This document shows, piece by piece, positions 34,506 to 44,975 of a stretch of 64,000 nucleotides of DNA. Source of the stretch: Patescibacteria group bacterium (GTDB taxonomy: Bacteria; Patescibacteriota; Patescibacteriia; Magasanikbacterales; GWA2-37-8); assembly GCA_004321885.1 (NCBI GenBank), contig SCQK01000014.1, forward strand, positions 95,464 through 159,463, written 5' to 3'. Position 1 is the first letter of the stretch. Every line of letters begins with the position of its first letter. The position numbers were made by a program, and so were the translations under genes. The notes beneath the pieces were generated by a model. The model did no database searches. It was not told the DNA's origin and saw only the letters and a program-made list of their open reading frames with translations.

Positions 34506-36413
34506 ATGTCAAAAGTACTCGGAATAGATTTGGGGACTACGAACAGCTGTATGGCTGTGATTGAAGGCGGCCAGCCGAAAGTGCTGGAAAACAAGGAAGG
34601 AGCGCGCACCACGCCCTCGGTGGTGGCGGTAAGCAAAAGCGGCGAGCGGCTGGTGGGCTTGCTGGCCAAACGTCAGGCCGTCACCAATCCGGAAAACACT
34701 TTGTATTCCATCAAGCGCTTGATAGGTCGCAGATGGGAAGACCCGGAAGTGCAAAAGGATTTGCAACTGATGCCTTATAAAATCGTGAAAGCCAATGGCG
34801 GAGTGAAAGTGGCTTTGCAGACCGAAGAAAAATCGCCGCAGGAAATTTCGGCCATGATACTGCAAAAAATGAAAACCGACGCCGAGGCGCGTTTGGGCGC
34901 GACCATCACCGAAGCGGTCATCACCGTGCCGGCGTATTTTGATGACAGTCAAAGACAGGCCACCAAAGACGCGGGCGAAATCGCGGGTCTCAAAGTTTTG
35001 CGTATTATCAACGAGCCGACCGCGGCCGCTCTGGCTTACGGTTTTGACAAAAAAGCCGAACAGAAAATCGCCGTGTATGATTTGGGCGGCGGCACTTTTG
35101 ACGTTTCCATTTTAGAAGTGGCGCCCGACACGGTGCAAGTGCTCTCCACCAATGGCGACACGCACTTGGGCGGCGATGATTTTGACCAGCGCGTGATTGA
35201 ATGGATTTTATCCGAGTTCAAGCGCGATAGCGGCATTGATTTGGGCAAGGACCCCCTATCTTTGCAGAGAATAAAAGAAGCCGCCGAGAAAGCCAAGATA
35301 GAATTGTCCACTGCCCAGGAAACCGAAATCAACCAGCCGTTTATCACTTCCGACGCCTCGGGCCCCAAACATTTAATGATGAAACTGACCCGCGCCAAAC
35401 TGGAAGAATTGGTGGGCGATTTGGTGGAAAAAACCTTGGAGCCCGCGCGCAAGGCCCTGGCCGACGCCAAACTGACAGCCAATGATTTGCACGAGGTGAT
35501 AATGGTGGGCGGCATGACCCGCATGCCCTTGGTGATGCAAACCGTGGAAAAGTTTTTCAACAAGAAACCGAACATCAGCGTGAACCCCGACGAAGTGGTG
35601 GCCATTGGCGCGGCCGTGCAAGGCGGCGTGCTTTCCGGCGACGTGAAAGACGTTCTGCTTTTGGACGTAACCCCGCTTTCGCTGGGCATAGAAACCCTGG
35701 GCGGCGTGATGACAAAATTAATAGAACGTAACACCACGGTTCCCACCAGCAAGTCGCAGGTGTTTTCCACGGCGGCCGATAATCAGCCGAGCGTGGAAAT
35801 TCACGTGCTTCAGGGCGAGCGTCCGATGTCTGGCGACAACAAGACCCTCGGCCGGTTTATCCTTAGCGGTTTGCCTCCGGCGCCGCGCGGAGTGCCGCAA
35901 GTTGAGGTGAGTTTTGACATAGACGCCAACGGCATTTTGAACGTCAAAGCCAAAGACAAGGCCACTAATGCCGAGCAGTCCATTCGCATTGAGGCCTCTT
36001 CGGGTTTGAATAAAGACGAAGTGGAAAAAATGAAAAAGGAAGCCGAGGCGCACGCCACCGAAGACAAGAAAAAACAGGAATTGATAGAGGCGCGTAATTT
36101 GGCCGACACCATGATTTACACCACGGAAAAAATGATGCGCGAGGTGGATGAAAAAAAAGTGGCCGTCACTGACGAAGAAAAAACAAAAGTAGACGACGCG
36201 CTCAAGGCCCTCAAAGACGTGAAAGATAAAGAAGACGTGGAAGCCATAAAAAAGTCCGCCGAAGAATTATCCAAAGCCGCGCAAACCGTGGGCATGAAGA
36301 TGTATCAGCAGGAGCAGGCAAACAAAGGCGGCCAGGCCGGCGGCAACCCAAGCGGCGAGGGAAAAAAAGACGAAGGCCCGATTGAGGGCGAGGTGGTTGA
36401 TGATAAGAAGTAA
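34506..36413 (+). CDS. dnaK: Molecular chaperone DnaK (Hsp70)
   Basis: [36 protein letters not shown]. Confidence 0.97.
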   Translation: MSKVLGIDLGTTNSCMAVIEGGQPKVLENKEGARTTPSVVAVSKSGERLVGLLAKRQAVTNPENTLYSIKRLIGRRWEDPEVQKDLQLMPYKIVKANGGVKVALQTEEKSPQEISAMILQKMKTDAEARLGATITEAVITVPAYFDDSQRQATKDAGEIAGLKVLRIINEPTAAALAYGFDKKAEQKIAVYDLGGGTFDVSILEVAPDTVQVLSTNGDTHLGGDDFDQRVIEWILSEFKRDSGIDLGKDPLSLQRIKEAAEKAKIELSTAQETEINQPFITSDASGPKHLMMKLTRAKLEELVGDLVEKTLEPARKALADAKLTANDLHEVIMVGGMTRMPLVMQTVEKFFNKKPNISVNPDEVVAIGAAVQGGVLSGDVKDVLLLDVTPLSLGIETLGGVMTKLIERNTTVPTSKSQVFSTAADNQPSVEIHVLQGERPMSGDNKTLGRFILSGLPPAPRGVPQVEVSFDIDANGILNVKAKDKATNAEQSIRIEASSGLNKDEVEKMKKEAEAHATEDKKKQELIEARNLADTMIYTTEKMMREVDEKKVAVTDEEKTKVDDALKALKDVKDKEDVEAIKKSAEELSKAAQTVGMKMYQQEQANKGGQAGGNPSGEGKKDEGPIEGEVVDDKK

Positions 36414-36470
36414 AGAGAGTAGAATAAAGAGGCCCTAATTAGGGCCTCTTGAATAATTAAGATAAAACGT

Positions 36471-36923
36471 ATGTCAGAAGGGTATACTAAAAATGGCACT
36501 CACGATAGGGTTAGCCGCTTGCTTGAAACAGAGGGGCAGTTGGCAATTTTCAGGGCGGAAATAGAAACGTTGAGAAACAGGTATGGCAGTAAAGATGCCA
36601 CTTTGGCCAATGTTAAAGATGTTGAAGAATTGGATGAGAAGGATATGGAAAGCTGGCAGATTTACAAGAAAATTTTAACAAATGTTAATAATTTGGTGAA
36701 TGACCCGGAAGCAATGCTGTCGGACTGCAAAGATTTGATGGCGAGAAATTTTGTCTCAAAAACCGAATCTGTCGCAGAGTCCGGAAGACAGTCAAAGTTG
36801 TCTTTTATGAGCTGGCTTAACAACAGAAATCCTTTCTCCTGGGCACAGCTTTTCACATCTGGCGATATCAGCGCTGAAGAATTAAAACTTACACTGACTC
36901 GCGATATTGGCAGGTATTTGTAA
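36471..36923 (+). CDS. AT-rich hypothetical protein inserted between dnaK and dnaJ
   Basis: ORF with lower GC than the flanking chaperone genes, bounded by hairpins (36421-36447 and 36940-37000). Confidence 0.45.
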   Translation: MSEGYTKNGTHDRVSRLLETEGQLAIFRAEIETLRNRYGSKDATLANVKDVEELDEKDMESWQIYKKILTNVNNLVNDPEAMLSDCKDLMARNFVSKTESVAESGRQSKLSFMSWLNNRNPFSWAQLFTSGDISAEELKLTLTRDIGRYL

Positions 36924-37050
36924 AAAAACATGTCCAAGGATTATTATATGGCCTGCGGCCATATAAGCTCCTTGACTCGGAAATTGCCATTCGTGGCAAT
37001 TTCTCTCGTCTGCGTTCGCTTATAAAATTTTAGGGCAAAAATGTCTGGGT

Positions 37051-38151
37051 ATGGCAAAAGATTACTATAAAATACTGGGTATTGATAAAAACGCCTCGCC
37101 CGAGGAAATAAAAAAAGCTTTCAAAAAGCTGGCTTTGGAGCACCATCCGGACAGGCCGGGCGGCAATGAGGCGAAGTTCAAGGAAATAAACGAGGCCTAT
37201 CAGGTGCTGGGCGACGCGGAAAAACGCCAGCGTTACGACCAGTTTGGCGCGGACTTTGAACAGCAAGGCGGTTTTGGCGGCGCCAGCTGGGAGGATTTTA
37301 TGCGGGCCGCGCGCGGGCAAAACGGTTTTAGCAACGGCGGATTTTCATTTAACTTCGGGGACTTGGATTTGGGGGATATTTTCGGCGATGTGTTTGGCGC
37401 GGGCCGTTCACGCCGAGGAGGACGTGAGCGCGGCCAGGACATTCAAATTGACGCGCAAATTGATTTCAAAGAAGCGGCTTTTGGCGTGGAAAAAACTTTT
37501 TCTTTGCGCAAGAAAAGCCAGTGCGACGTGTGCGGCGGCAGTGGCGCCGAGCCGGGCAGTAAAATGGAAACCTGCAAGACCTGCGGGGGACAGGGGCAGG
37601 TGGTACGCCAGCAAAGCAGTTTTTTTGGCATGGTGCAGACAGTGGGCGCCTGTCCCGATTGCGGCGGCCGCGGGCAAAAGCCGGGTAAAAAATGCAAGCA
37701 TTGCGGCGGCTCGGGCGCGCTGGCTAAAACCAGCGATATAAATGTGAAAATTCCGGCCGGCATTGACGATGGCCAGGCCATACGGTTGGCGGGTTATGGC
37801 GAGGCGGGCGAACATGGCGGGCAGGCCGGTGATTTGTTTGTGCGGGTGCGCGTAAAGCCGCTCAAAGGTTTTGAACGCGACAGCGATGACGTCTACACCG
37901 AGAGCGAGATTAGTTTTGTTCAGGCCGCGCTAGGCGATAATATCAGCGTGGAAACATTGGACGGTTTGCTCACGATTGTGGTGCCGGCTGGCACCGAGCA
38001 CGGGCAAATGATACGACTCAAAGGCCGCGGGATAGAACGAATAAACCGCGGGGGCCGGGGAGACCATTTCGTAAAAATAAAAATCCGCGTGCCGAAAAAA
38101 TTAAGCCGCTCGGCGCGGAAGTTGTTAGATGATTTAAGAGGGGAATTGTAA
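37051..38151 (+). CDS. dnaJ: Molecular chaperone DnaJ
   Basis: J-domain DYYKILGI...HPD; G/F-rich linker; four CxxCxGxG zinc-finger repeats. Confidence 0.95.
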   Translation: MAKDYYKILGIDKNASPEEIKKAFKKLALEHHPDRPGGNEAKFKEINEAYQVLGDAEKRQRYDQFGADFEQQGGFGGASWEDFMRAARGQNGFSNGGFSFNFGDLDLGDIFGDVFGAGRSRRGGRERGQDIQIDAQIDFKEAAFGVEKTFSLRKKSQCDVCGGSGAEPGSKMETCKTCGGQGQVVRQQSSFFGMVQTVGACPDCGGRGQKPGKKCKHCGGSGALAKTSDINVKIPAGIDDGQAIRLAGYGEAGEHGGQAGDLFVRVRVKPLKGFERDSDDVYTESEISFVQAALGDNISVETLDGLLTIVVPAGTEHGQMIRLKGRGIERINRGGRGDHFVKIKIRVPKKLSRSARKLLDDLRGEL

Positions 38152-38157
38152 TAATCG

Positions 38158-38252
38158 CTGGCTCCATAGTTGCGAAGCACTATGGAGCTCAAATGTTGGT
38201 CAGCAATTCGGCTCCACAGCCCCGACTGGGTCGGGGACTATGGAGCCAGCCA
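38158..38252. repeat. Family-C REP-like hairpins (2 units) after dnaJ
   Basis: GGCTCCATAGTTGCGAAGCACTATGGAGC and GGCTCCACAGCCCCGACTGGGTCGGGGACTATGGAGCC. Confidence 0.85.
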
Positions 38253-38273
38253 TAGGATAACACTGGATTCCCC

Positions 38274-38295
38274 CGACTAAGTCGGGGGAATGACA
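38274..38295. repeat. Family-B repeat 2 nt upstream of ECF sigma start
   Basis: TGGATTCCCCCGACTAAGTCGGGGGAATGACA. Confidence 0.85.
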
Positions 38296-38297
38296 AC

Positions 38298-38795
38298 ATG
38301 AATAAGAAAAAATTTGAAAAATTTTACAGCGACAACATAGACAAAATTTACCGTTTTGTCTTTTTTCGCGTGGGCGGGGACAAAGACCTGGCCGAGGATT
38401 TAGTTTCGGAAGTTTTCATGAAGGCGTACAACAGCTTTGCGGTCTACGATGAAAACATCAGCAAGTCGGCCTGGCTGATTACCATCGCCCGCAACCACTT
38501 GGCCAATTACTGGCGCGATCGTAAACTGACCTCGCCTTTGCCAACGGGCGAAGACGGCGAGGAAAGCGAATCGGTCTGGCTGGATTCGGGCATCGTCAAA
38601 TTCAAGCAGGAAGAGAACGGCCGCCAGGTTTACGAACTGCTGGAAAAGCTGAATCCGGACGAAAAAGAGGTTGTAACCTTTCATTATTTATTCGGGTATA
38701 GTTACTCGGAAATCGCCCAAATGAGGGGCTCCAGCGAAGGAGCGGTCAAGGTGGCGGCCCATCGGGCGATAAAAAAGATGAGGGGGAGACTATGA
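38298..38795 (+). CDS. ECF-subfamily RNA polymerase sigma factor
   Basis: Region 2 DLVSEVFMKAYN...AWLITIARNHLANYWR; region 4 YSEIAQMRGSSEGAVKVAAHRAIKKMR. Confidence 0.85.
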   Translation: MNKKKFEKFYSDNIDKIYRFVFFRVGGDKDLAEDLVSEVFMKAYNSFAVYDENISKSAWLITIARNHLANYWRDRKLTSPLPTGEDGEESESVWLDSGIVKFKQEENGRQVYELLEKLNPDEKEVVTFHYLFGYSYSEIAQMRGSSEGAVKVAAHRAIKKMRGRL

Positions 38796-38798
38796 ATA

Positions 38799-38842
38799 CC
38801 CCTCCCGCGCCCTCCCCTTAAAAAAGGGGAGGGGCAAACTAA
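38799..38842. repeat. Family-A hairpin repeat between ECF sigma and anti-sigma-like gene
   Basis: CCTCCCCTTAAAAAAGGGGAGG. Confidence 0.8.
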
Positions 38843-38844
38843 AT

Positions 38845-39540
38845 ATGAATCTCAAAGTTAGGTACAATTTATGGAAAGAACAGCGCCGGATGTCGCCGAA
38901 TTTTAAGTTTAAGCGCGCGCTTTTGGCGCGTGTGCTGGATTCTCGCCTGCGCGGGAATGACAGCGAGGACTGGCGCGGCAAACACCCTATTAGATTTTTT
39001 GCCTATTTCACCCACTTGCGCTGGGGCGTGGTTATGGCCAGTGTTTTGTTGTTGGCTTTGCTGGCCACCGGCGCATACGCCTACAACAGCGACGAAGTTA
39101 CCGAGGGTACTGTTTTGTATCCGGTAAAACAAAAGCTGGAAGAAGTGGAGGAACTGACCAAGCGCACGCCCGAAGCCAAGGCGGATTTTTATCTGAAACA
39201 GATTAAGCGGCGCGAAGCCGAGGAGGCGGCGCTGGAGCGCCGGCGCGCCAGGATTGAAAAAGCTAAAAATCGGCTGGACATGCTGGAAAAAAACATAGAA
39301 GCGTCCGAGGAAAAAGCCGAGCGCGTGCAGACCCAGCTTGAAGAAGTAAATAAAATATTGAGCGGCAAAAACAGCGCGCAGAACAAAGAATTGCGCCAGC
39401 GCGTGCAGGCGATTTTGGAAGCCAAAAAAATAAAAAGAGAGCGCGAATTGGACAAAAAAGTGGAAATGATACGGCGGAAAGCGGAAATGATTGACAAGTT
39501 ATACGCCAGCTTGGAAGAGGAAATGGAAAAAGAAGAATAA
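38845..39540 (+). CDS. Putative anti-sigma factor: single-TM protein with long charged coiled coil
   Basis: Directly follows the ECF sigma; TM MASVLLLALLATGAYAY; rest is K/E/R-rich helical. Assignment by context. Confidence 0.4.
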   Translation: MNLKVRYNLWKEQRRMSPNFKFKRALLARVLDSRLRGNDSEDWRGKHPIRFFAYFTHLRWGVVMASVLLLALLATGAYAYNSDEVTEGTVLYPVKQKLEEVEELTKRTPEAKADFYLKQIKRREAEEAALERRRARIEKAKNRLDMLEKNIEASEEKAERVQTQLEEVNKILSGKNSAQNKELRQRVQAILEAKKIKRERELDKKVEMIRRKAEMIDKLYASLEEEMEKEE

Positions 39541-39590
39541 AATAATTAAAGGTCGAGACAAAAAGTGTGTCTATTAAAATAAACATAAAT

Positions 39591-40418
39591 TATATGTTCA
39601 AAAAAATTATAACCCTAACACTGGTGGCCGCGATGGCTCTGGCCCTGGTCGCTCCGGCGTCGGCCTCTACTTTGGACGACACCACCACTACCCTGAAAAA
39701 CAAACTGAAAGATTTGAATAGTCAGATTAAGGATGTCAGGAAACAGTTGAATAAAGTGTCTGTCTTGAAAAGAATACTCGCCCGTCCGTTTGTTTTGAAA
39801 GGCGAATTGGTTTCTGTCGCTGGTCTCACGCCTCCGACCACGCTTACGGTAAAATTAACCGGCATGTCGCCGAAAAGACCAAATGACGCCGAAGCTGTTT
39901 GGCCTGAAATTGGGAAAGAATTGACCGTAAAAATAACCGAGAAAACACAGATTGTGCGCCGCTATTGGGGCAAGAGCTCGCTGGAAGAGCTGACTCCCGG
40001 CGATAAACTGCACATTGTCGCCAAGAGGGGCGAAGACGGCGTGTTCACGGCTACGGTGGTTAAAGACGAGTCAATCCATGTTACCTTCCGCGTGCACAAT
40101 GGCAAAATTGAGTCCATTGACGCGGCGGCCCAGACCTTTGTTTTGAAGCAGAACAACAAACGGCAGGTAACGGTGAAAGTTTCCGCCAAGACAAAACTGT
40201 TCGTGCTTGGCGTAACCAATCCGACATTCGCTGATTTGAAAGTCGGCATGAGGGCGCATGTGCGCGGAGTGATAAACAACCGAACCAAGACCATAGACGC
40301 TTCGCTCGTGCGCGCCAATTGGCCGCTCGTGGAAGCGACTCCCACCAGCACTCCTACTCCGGTGCCGGCGCCTGCCCCAACACCCACTCCCGCGCCGACC
40401 TCCACCACTTCAACCTGA
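39591..40418 (+). CDS. Secreted protein with internal duplicated beta-domain and Pro/Thr-rich C-terminal tail
   Basis: Signal peptide MFKKIITLTLVAAMALALVAPASA; repeated K-T/Q-hV-x-R motifs; tail TPTSTPTPVPAPAPTPTPAPTSTTST. Confidence 0.5.
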   Translation, partial: YMFKKIITLTLVAAMALALVAPASASTLDDTTTTLKNKLKDLNSQIKDVRKQLNKVSVLKRILARPFVLKGELVSVAGLTPPTTLTVKLTGMSPKRPNDAEAVWPEIGKELTVKITEKTQIVRRYWGKSSLEELTPGDKLHIVAKRGEDGVFTATVVKDESIHVTFRVHNGKIESIDAAAQTFVLKQNNKRQVTVKVSAKTKLFVLGVTNPTFADLKVGMRAHVRGVINNRTKTIDASLVRANWPLVEATPTSTPTPVPAPAPTPTPAPTSTTST

Positions 40419-40443
40419 TTGAGAATGAACGAAAAAAGGCGGC

Positions 40444-40854
40444 CTAACGGCCGTCTTTTTTTTTATCCAATATCTGATTCACAATCTTATCCGCTTCTTT
40501 ATTTTTTTCCCGAAACACATGCCGGTAATTCACTTTTTTGAATTTGGCGGCGACGTTGTAGGCGGCCACGAACATTTTTTGCAGGGTCGGTTCTTTCACT
40601 TTGTACTCCAGTTTCATCTGCTTGGTTACCAGCTCGCTGTCCAGCACGCAATCCACGGCTTCGGCCCCCAGCTCGGCCGCTTTTTTCAGCCCGGCGATAA
40701 GCGCCGCGTATTCGGCGTAGTTGTTGGTCTGCTCGCCAAGATACTCGCCGAAAGCCGCCACGGTTTTGCCGGCCTCATTTTTTACCACTACCCCGGCCGC
40801 CGCCGGCCCCGGGTTACCCCGCGCCCCCCCGTCAGAATAAATAATCAGTTTCAT
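40444..40854 (-). CDS. rnhA: Ribonuclease HI
   Basis: IYSDGGARGNPGPAAAGVV...TNNYAEYAALIAGL...DSELV has the DEDD RNase H1 motifs. Confidence 0.9.
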   Translation of the reverse strand: MKLIIYSDGGARGNPGPAAAGVVVKNEAGKTVAAFGEYLGEQTNNYAEYAALIAGLKKAAELGAEAVDCVLDSELVTKQMKLEYKVKEPTLQKMFVAAYNVAAKFKKVNYRHVFREKNKEADKIVNQILDKKKDGR

Positions 40855-40931
40855 ATTTTCAAAATTTTAGTCAATGATTTATCATTGGCGAGCTCGACCA
40901 ATATATCCAATTCGAGCGAGCGGAACTAAAA

Positions 40932-42272
40932 TTAATATTCCAAACGCCACAATCCTTCCACATTCCCAATTTTATCCACGTAATACAGCGCCTTCTGCCC
41001 CGGGTCAGCCGCGGCCACAGCCGCGTTTCCATCCGCCAATTCATGGGTCACGTAATAATACGGAAACAAGGCCGTAATTTTATTTTTCCAGACCAGCGCC
41101 AAAGTATTGTGCTTGTCCAGCGGAAATACGTTCATTAAATTTTCGCCGGAGCGGTTTAGCAAATAGGGCTCTTCGCCCGCGCTGTATGTCCACAGCTCCC
41201 ACGGCGTCCACATCAGCCACCAATTGTTGTATGGCGAGATATAAAATTTGTCGCCGGCAAAAGCAAATTTTTTGTCTCTTGTCACGAGCATCATCTCAGA
41301 CGCGTTGTTTTTTTTCAAAAGCGCGCTGTCGCGTTCGGCGTAAAGCAGCCGCCAATCTTCCGTGTTTTCCAGTTGGCCGATTTCGGATTGAAAACCCAAA
41401 GCGTCTTTTTTGACGAGTAGATTGTGGCTGGAGGTGGCGAATGTTAGAGTCCAGAGCTGGCCGTTGTCCATATACCAGTCGTAAAAATCGCGCTCGGAGA
41501 TTTTTTGCGCGCGTCCATTGGCTGGCGAAAAGGCGAACAGCCCGTCTCGCGTTTGATAATATAAACTCGGTCTGCTGCCGTCGCCCCATTGCGTTTTGAT
41601 GATTTTTACCCCGGCGATTTTGGTTAAATTGTAAATCTTGCCCGGATTATCCGGCGCCTGCCTGCCGGCAGGCAGGCAAAACGCGTAGACAACGTCATTG
41701 CCTGTCACGGAGGCGCAATTTTTTTCCTTTGCCCACGCCAGAGACGGCAATGTTTTTGGCATGGTTGTCACGCTCGCCAGCGCTTCGGTTTTGGTGTTTA
41801 ACAACCAAATTTTCCCGTCGGCCGACGAGGCAAAAAGAATATAGCGGCCGTCGCTGGAAAGCGCCAGCGCGGCAATTTGCCCGGGGGCCGCCAAGAGCGG
41901 CCTGGCATTTTTTTTGAGCAGGCTGATTTCCTTTATATACACGGTCAGCTTGTTAAAGACCTCTATTTCTTTGTTCCAGTCCGCGTAGCCGGGCGCTGTG
42001 ATGCGCAAGCTGTATTTGGCCGGCGCGATATTGTTTAGGCGCACCGGCATCTTGCTTTTGATTTTGATGCCGTTCAAATAAAGCGCCGCGTTTTTGGGCT
42101 CCACGTCCACGCTGATGGCGCCGGTCTGTTTCAAGAAGCCGTTTTTGAAATCATAGCGATAGCCGGCGGTGTAGGCGATTATTATCGGGGAAACGACAAA
42201 AAAAAGCGCGATGAGCGCGAGCAGAAAAGCGCGCCGGAAGGCGAAAGTAAATCTGGTGCCCGGGTATTCCAT
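40932..42272 (-). CDS. Membrane-anchored PEGA-domain protein with C-terminal beta-propeller-like region
   Basis: N-terminal TM; PEGA module ISVDVEPKNAALYLNGIKIKSKMPVRLNNIAPAKYSLRITAPGYADWNKEIEV. Confidence 0.6.
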   Translation of the reverse strand: MEYPGTRFTFAFRRAFLLALIALFFVVSPIIIAYTAGYRYDFKNGFLKQTGAISVDVEPKNAALYLNGIKIKSKMPVRLNNIAPAKYSLRITAPGYADWNKEIEVFNKLTVYIKEISLLKKNARPLLAAPGQIAALALSSDGRYILFASSADGKIWLLNTKTEALASVTTMPKTLPSLAWAKEKNCASVTGNDVVYAFCLPAGRQAPDNPGKIYNLTKIAGVKIIKTQWGDGSRPSLYYQTRDGLFAFSPANGRAQKISERDFYDWYMDNGQLWTLTFATSSHNLLVKKDALGFQSEIGQLENTEDWRLLYAERDSALLKKNNASEMMLVTRDKKFAFAGDKFYISPYNNWWLMWTPWELWTYSAGEEPYLLNRSGENLMNVFPLDKHNTLALVWKNKITALFPYYYVTHELADGNAAVAAADPGQKALYYVDKIGNVEGLWRLEY

Positions 42273-42334
42273 CTGTTTTGCTTATTTTTTTGAATTATAG
42301 TATAATTTAGCAAATATATAAAGGTAAGTAAAGT

Positions 42335-43636
42335 ATGCATCTAAAAATAACCGGTGGAAAAAAATTGCGCGGAGCCATAAATAACCAGTCGGCCAAAAAT
42401 AGCGCCACGCCCATCATCTGCGCCTGCGCTATGATTAAAGGCCCGGTTACGCTCGCCGACGTGCCTGATATTGAAGATGTCAATCGTATTTTAGAACTCA
42501 TCGCCAGCATCGGCGTGAAAGTAAAAAAAACCGGTGCGCGCGAATTTTTGTTAGACGCGTCGGGTTCTTTGGACGTAAAAAAAATGAATCGCGCGGCCGC
42601 CGAGGCCAATCGGTCGTCTCTTTTTCTGCTCGGCGCTTTGGCGGCGCGGGTAAAAAAATTTTCCCTGTACAAGCCCGGCGGCTGCAAGCTGGGTGAGCGC
42701 ACCATCCGTCCGCATTTGTTCGCCTTGGCGGATTTGGGCGCGCGCATAGAGGAGCGCGGAGATTGTTTCGCGGTCAAAGCGCCCGCGCTCAAAGGCAATA
42801 AAATAATAATGTACGAAAGCGGGGACACGGCCACGGAAAACGCGGTGTTGGCCGCGGCGCTGGCCCGCGGAGAGACGACCATCAAATTCGCTTCGGCCAA
42901 TTACCAGGTGCAGGATTTGTGTCATTTTCTAAATCGCGCCGGCGCCAAAATTTCCGGCATCGGCACATCCACCCTAAAAATTATCGGCGTCAAAAAATTA
43001 AAATCCGTAAAAAATTATTCCATCATGCCCGACCCCATCGTGGCCATGACTTTTATCGCCGCGGCTATCACGACCGGCTCGCGCCTTGTTGTTAAAAATT
43101 GCCCCATGGATTTTTTGGAGTTGGAATTGTACAAGCTAAAAAAAATGGGGCAGAAGTTCAAAATAAAAAATCAGCGCTTGTCAAAAAATGGCGCCTTTGC
43201 CATTGCCGATATAGAGATTATTCCTTCGGCGCTGACGGCCTCGCAGGATAAAATAGAAAGCCGTCCGTTTCCGGGCCTGAACATAGACAACCTGCCGCTG
43301 TTTGTGCCCATACTTTTGCGGGCCAGGGGTAAAACCCTGGTGCATGATTGGGCCTATGAAAACAGGGCCGCCTACAATTTGGAATTAAACAAGCTTGGCG
43401 CTAAAATATCTTTGCTTGACCCGCACCGCGTGTGGGTGGAGGGGCCCGCCACGCTGAAAGCGGCCGACATCGCCTCGCCCGATGCCCTGCGTTCGGCCGT
43501 GGTTATTCTGTTGGTCATGCTGGCGGCCAGGGGCAAATCAATTTTGCGTAATACCCGCCCCATAGAGCGCGGGTATGAAAATTTATACGCCACATTAAAT
43601 AAAGCCGGCGCGAACATAAAAATAATAAACGATTAA
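42335..43636 (+). CDS. murA: UDP-N-acetylglucosamine 1-carboxyvinyltransferase
   Basis: KLRGAINNQSAKNSATPIICACAM N-terminus and overall EPSP-synthase-fold length and motifs. Confidence 0.8.
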   Translation: MHLKITGGKKLRGAINNQSAKNSATPIICACAMIKGPVTLADVPDIEDVNRILELIASIGVKVKKTGAREFLLDASGSLDVKKMNRAAAEANRSSLFLLGALAARVKKFSLYKPGGCKLGERTIRPHLFALADLGARIEERGDCFAVKAPALKGNKIIMYESGDTATENAVLAAALARGETTIKFASANYQVQDLCHFLNRAGAKISGIGTSTLKIIGVKKLKSVKNYSIMPDPIVAMTFIAAAITTGSRLVVKNCPMDFLELELYKLKKMGQKFKIKNQRLSKNGAFAIADIEIIPSALTASQDKIESRPFPGLNIDNLPLFVPILLRARGKTLVHDWAYENRAAYNLELNKLGAKISLLDPHRVWVEGPATLKAADIASPDALRSAVVILLVMLAARGKSILRNTRPIERGYENLYATLNKAGANIKIIND

Positions 43637-43644
43637 AATATATT

Positions 43645-44907
43645 TTGTTTATGGATAATATCCCGGAAAAAAAACCAAGAAAATACGTTTGGCTCATTTT
43701 CGCGGTTGCCCTGTTCTCTTTGTCTTTTGGCACGGGCATTGTGGTGGGCCGGGTTTGGGGCATTAAAAAAGCCATTACCGGCGAGGGCGGCAATGTGGAA
43801 ATCAGCAAGGTGATAAACATCCAGCGCGCGCTGAACAAAAGCGACGAGGTGGAGTTTTCGCAATTTTGGGACGTATGGGACAAAGTGAAAGCGAAGTTCG
43901 TGAAACAGCCGATAAAAGACGCGGATTTATTTTACGGCTCAATGCAGGGAATGGTGGCGTCGCTTGGCGACCCGTACTCGGTTTATTTGCCGCCCAAAGA
44001 GGCAAACGAATTTGCCAAGGATTTGTCCGGCGAGCTGGAAGGCATTGGCGCGGAAATTGGCATAAAGAGCAGTCAGCTTTTGATAGTGTCGCCTTTGCCT
44101 GATTCGCCGGCCGAGAAAGCAGGCCTGCGCCCGGGCGATAAAATTTTAGCCATTGATAAAGTAATCACCCTGGGCATGGACGTAAACACCGCCGTAACAA
44201 AAATTCGCGGCCCGGCCGGCACCACGGTTGTGCTCACGATTTTGCGCGACGGGCTGGCCAAAGAAAAAGAAATCAGCATTATCCGTTCCAAAATCAACGT
44301 GCCCTCGGTTACTTTTTCCATGAAGCCAGGCAGTATCGCTTATTTGCGCGTCATGCAGTTCAACGGCGAGACCATGGATGATTTTAACAAGTATGTCAAG
44401 TCAATCAGCCGCGCGGCCAAGGGCATTATTTTGGACGTGCGCGGCAATCCGGGCGGTTACCTGGACGCGGCCATAGATATGGCCAGCGAATGGGTGGAAA
44501 ACGGGGTGATAGTTTCAGAAAAGGGCGCGGACGGCCGGGGGAGAGACCACAATACCAACGGCCGGCATCGGTTGGCGAAAATAAAGACCGTGGTGCTGGC
44601 CAATCGCGGTTCGGCCTCGGCCTCGGAAATCGTGGCCGGCGCTTTGCAAGACCATAAAAAAGCCGTGGTGCTCGGCGAGAAGACTTATGGCAAGGGCTCG
44701 GTGCAGGATTTTGAACTGTTGCCTGACGGCTCGGCTCTGAAGTTGACCGTGGCCGAGTGGTTTACCCCGAGCGGCAAAAATATCAATCAGTCCGGTATTA
44801 TGCCCAATATTGAGATGAAAGAAAATTGGGAAAAAGACAAGGTGGGCGAAGATAAAATGCTGGACGCGGCTTTGGGGTTGTTCGTCAGCTCCACTTTTGC
44901 TTGGTAG
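43645..44907 (+). CDS. Carboxyl-terminal processing protease (S41) with PDZ domain
   Basis: PDZ GLRPGDKILAIDKV; catalytic region VVLANRGSASASEIVAGALQD...GEKTYGKGSVQ. Confidence 0.9.
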   Translation: MFMDNIPEKKPRKYVWLIFAVALFSLSFGTGIVVGRVWGIKKAITGEGGNVEISKVINIQRALNKSDEVEFSQFWDVWDKVKAKFVKQPIKDADLFYGSMQGMVASLGDPYSVYLPPKEANEFAKDLSGELEGIGAEIGIKSSQLLIVSPLPDSPAEKAGLRPGDKILAIDKVITLGMDVNTAVTKIRGPAGTTVVLTILRDGLAKEKEISIIRSKINVPSVTFSMKPGSIAYLRVMQFNGETMDDFNKYVKSISRAAKGIILDVRGNPGGYLDAAIDMASEWVENGVIVSEKGADGRGRDHNTNGRHRLAKIKTVVLANRGSASASEIVAGALQDHKKAVVLGEKTYGKGSVQDFELLPDGSALKLTVAEWFTPSGKNINQSGIMPNIEMKENWEKDKVGEDKMLDAALGLFVSSTFAW

Positions 44908-44931
44908 CGTTTTCTTACGATGGTTCGTAAA

Positions 44932-44969
44932 TCCCTCCCCTATAAGAGGAGGGAGAGGGTGGGGTTCGC
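44932..44969. repeat. Family-A hairpin repeat
   Basis: TCCCTCCCCTATAAGAGGAGGGAGAGGGTGGGGTTCGC. Confidence 0.8.
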
Positions 44970-44975
44970 AATTAT

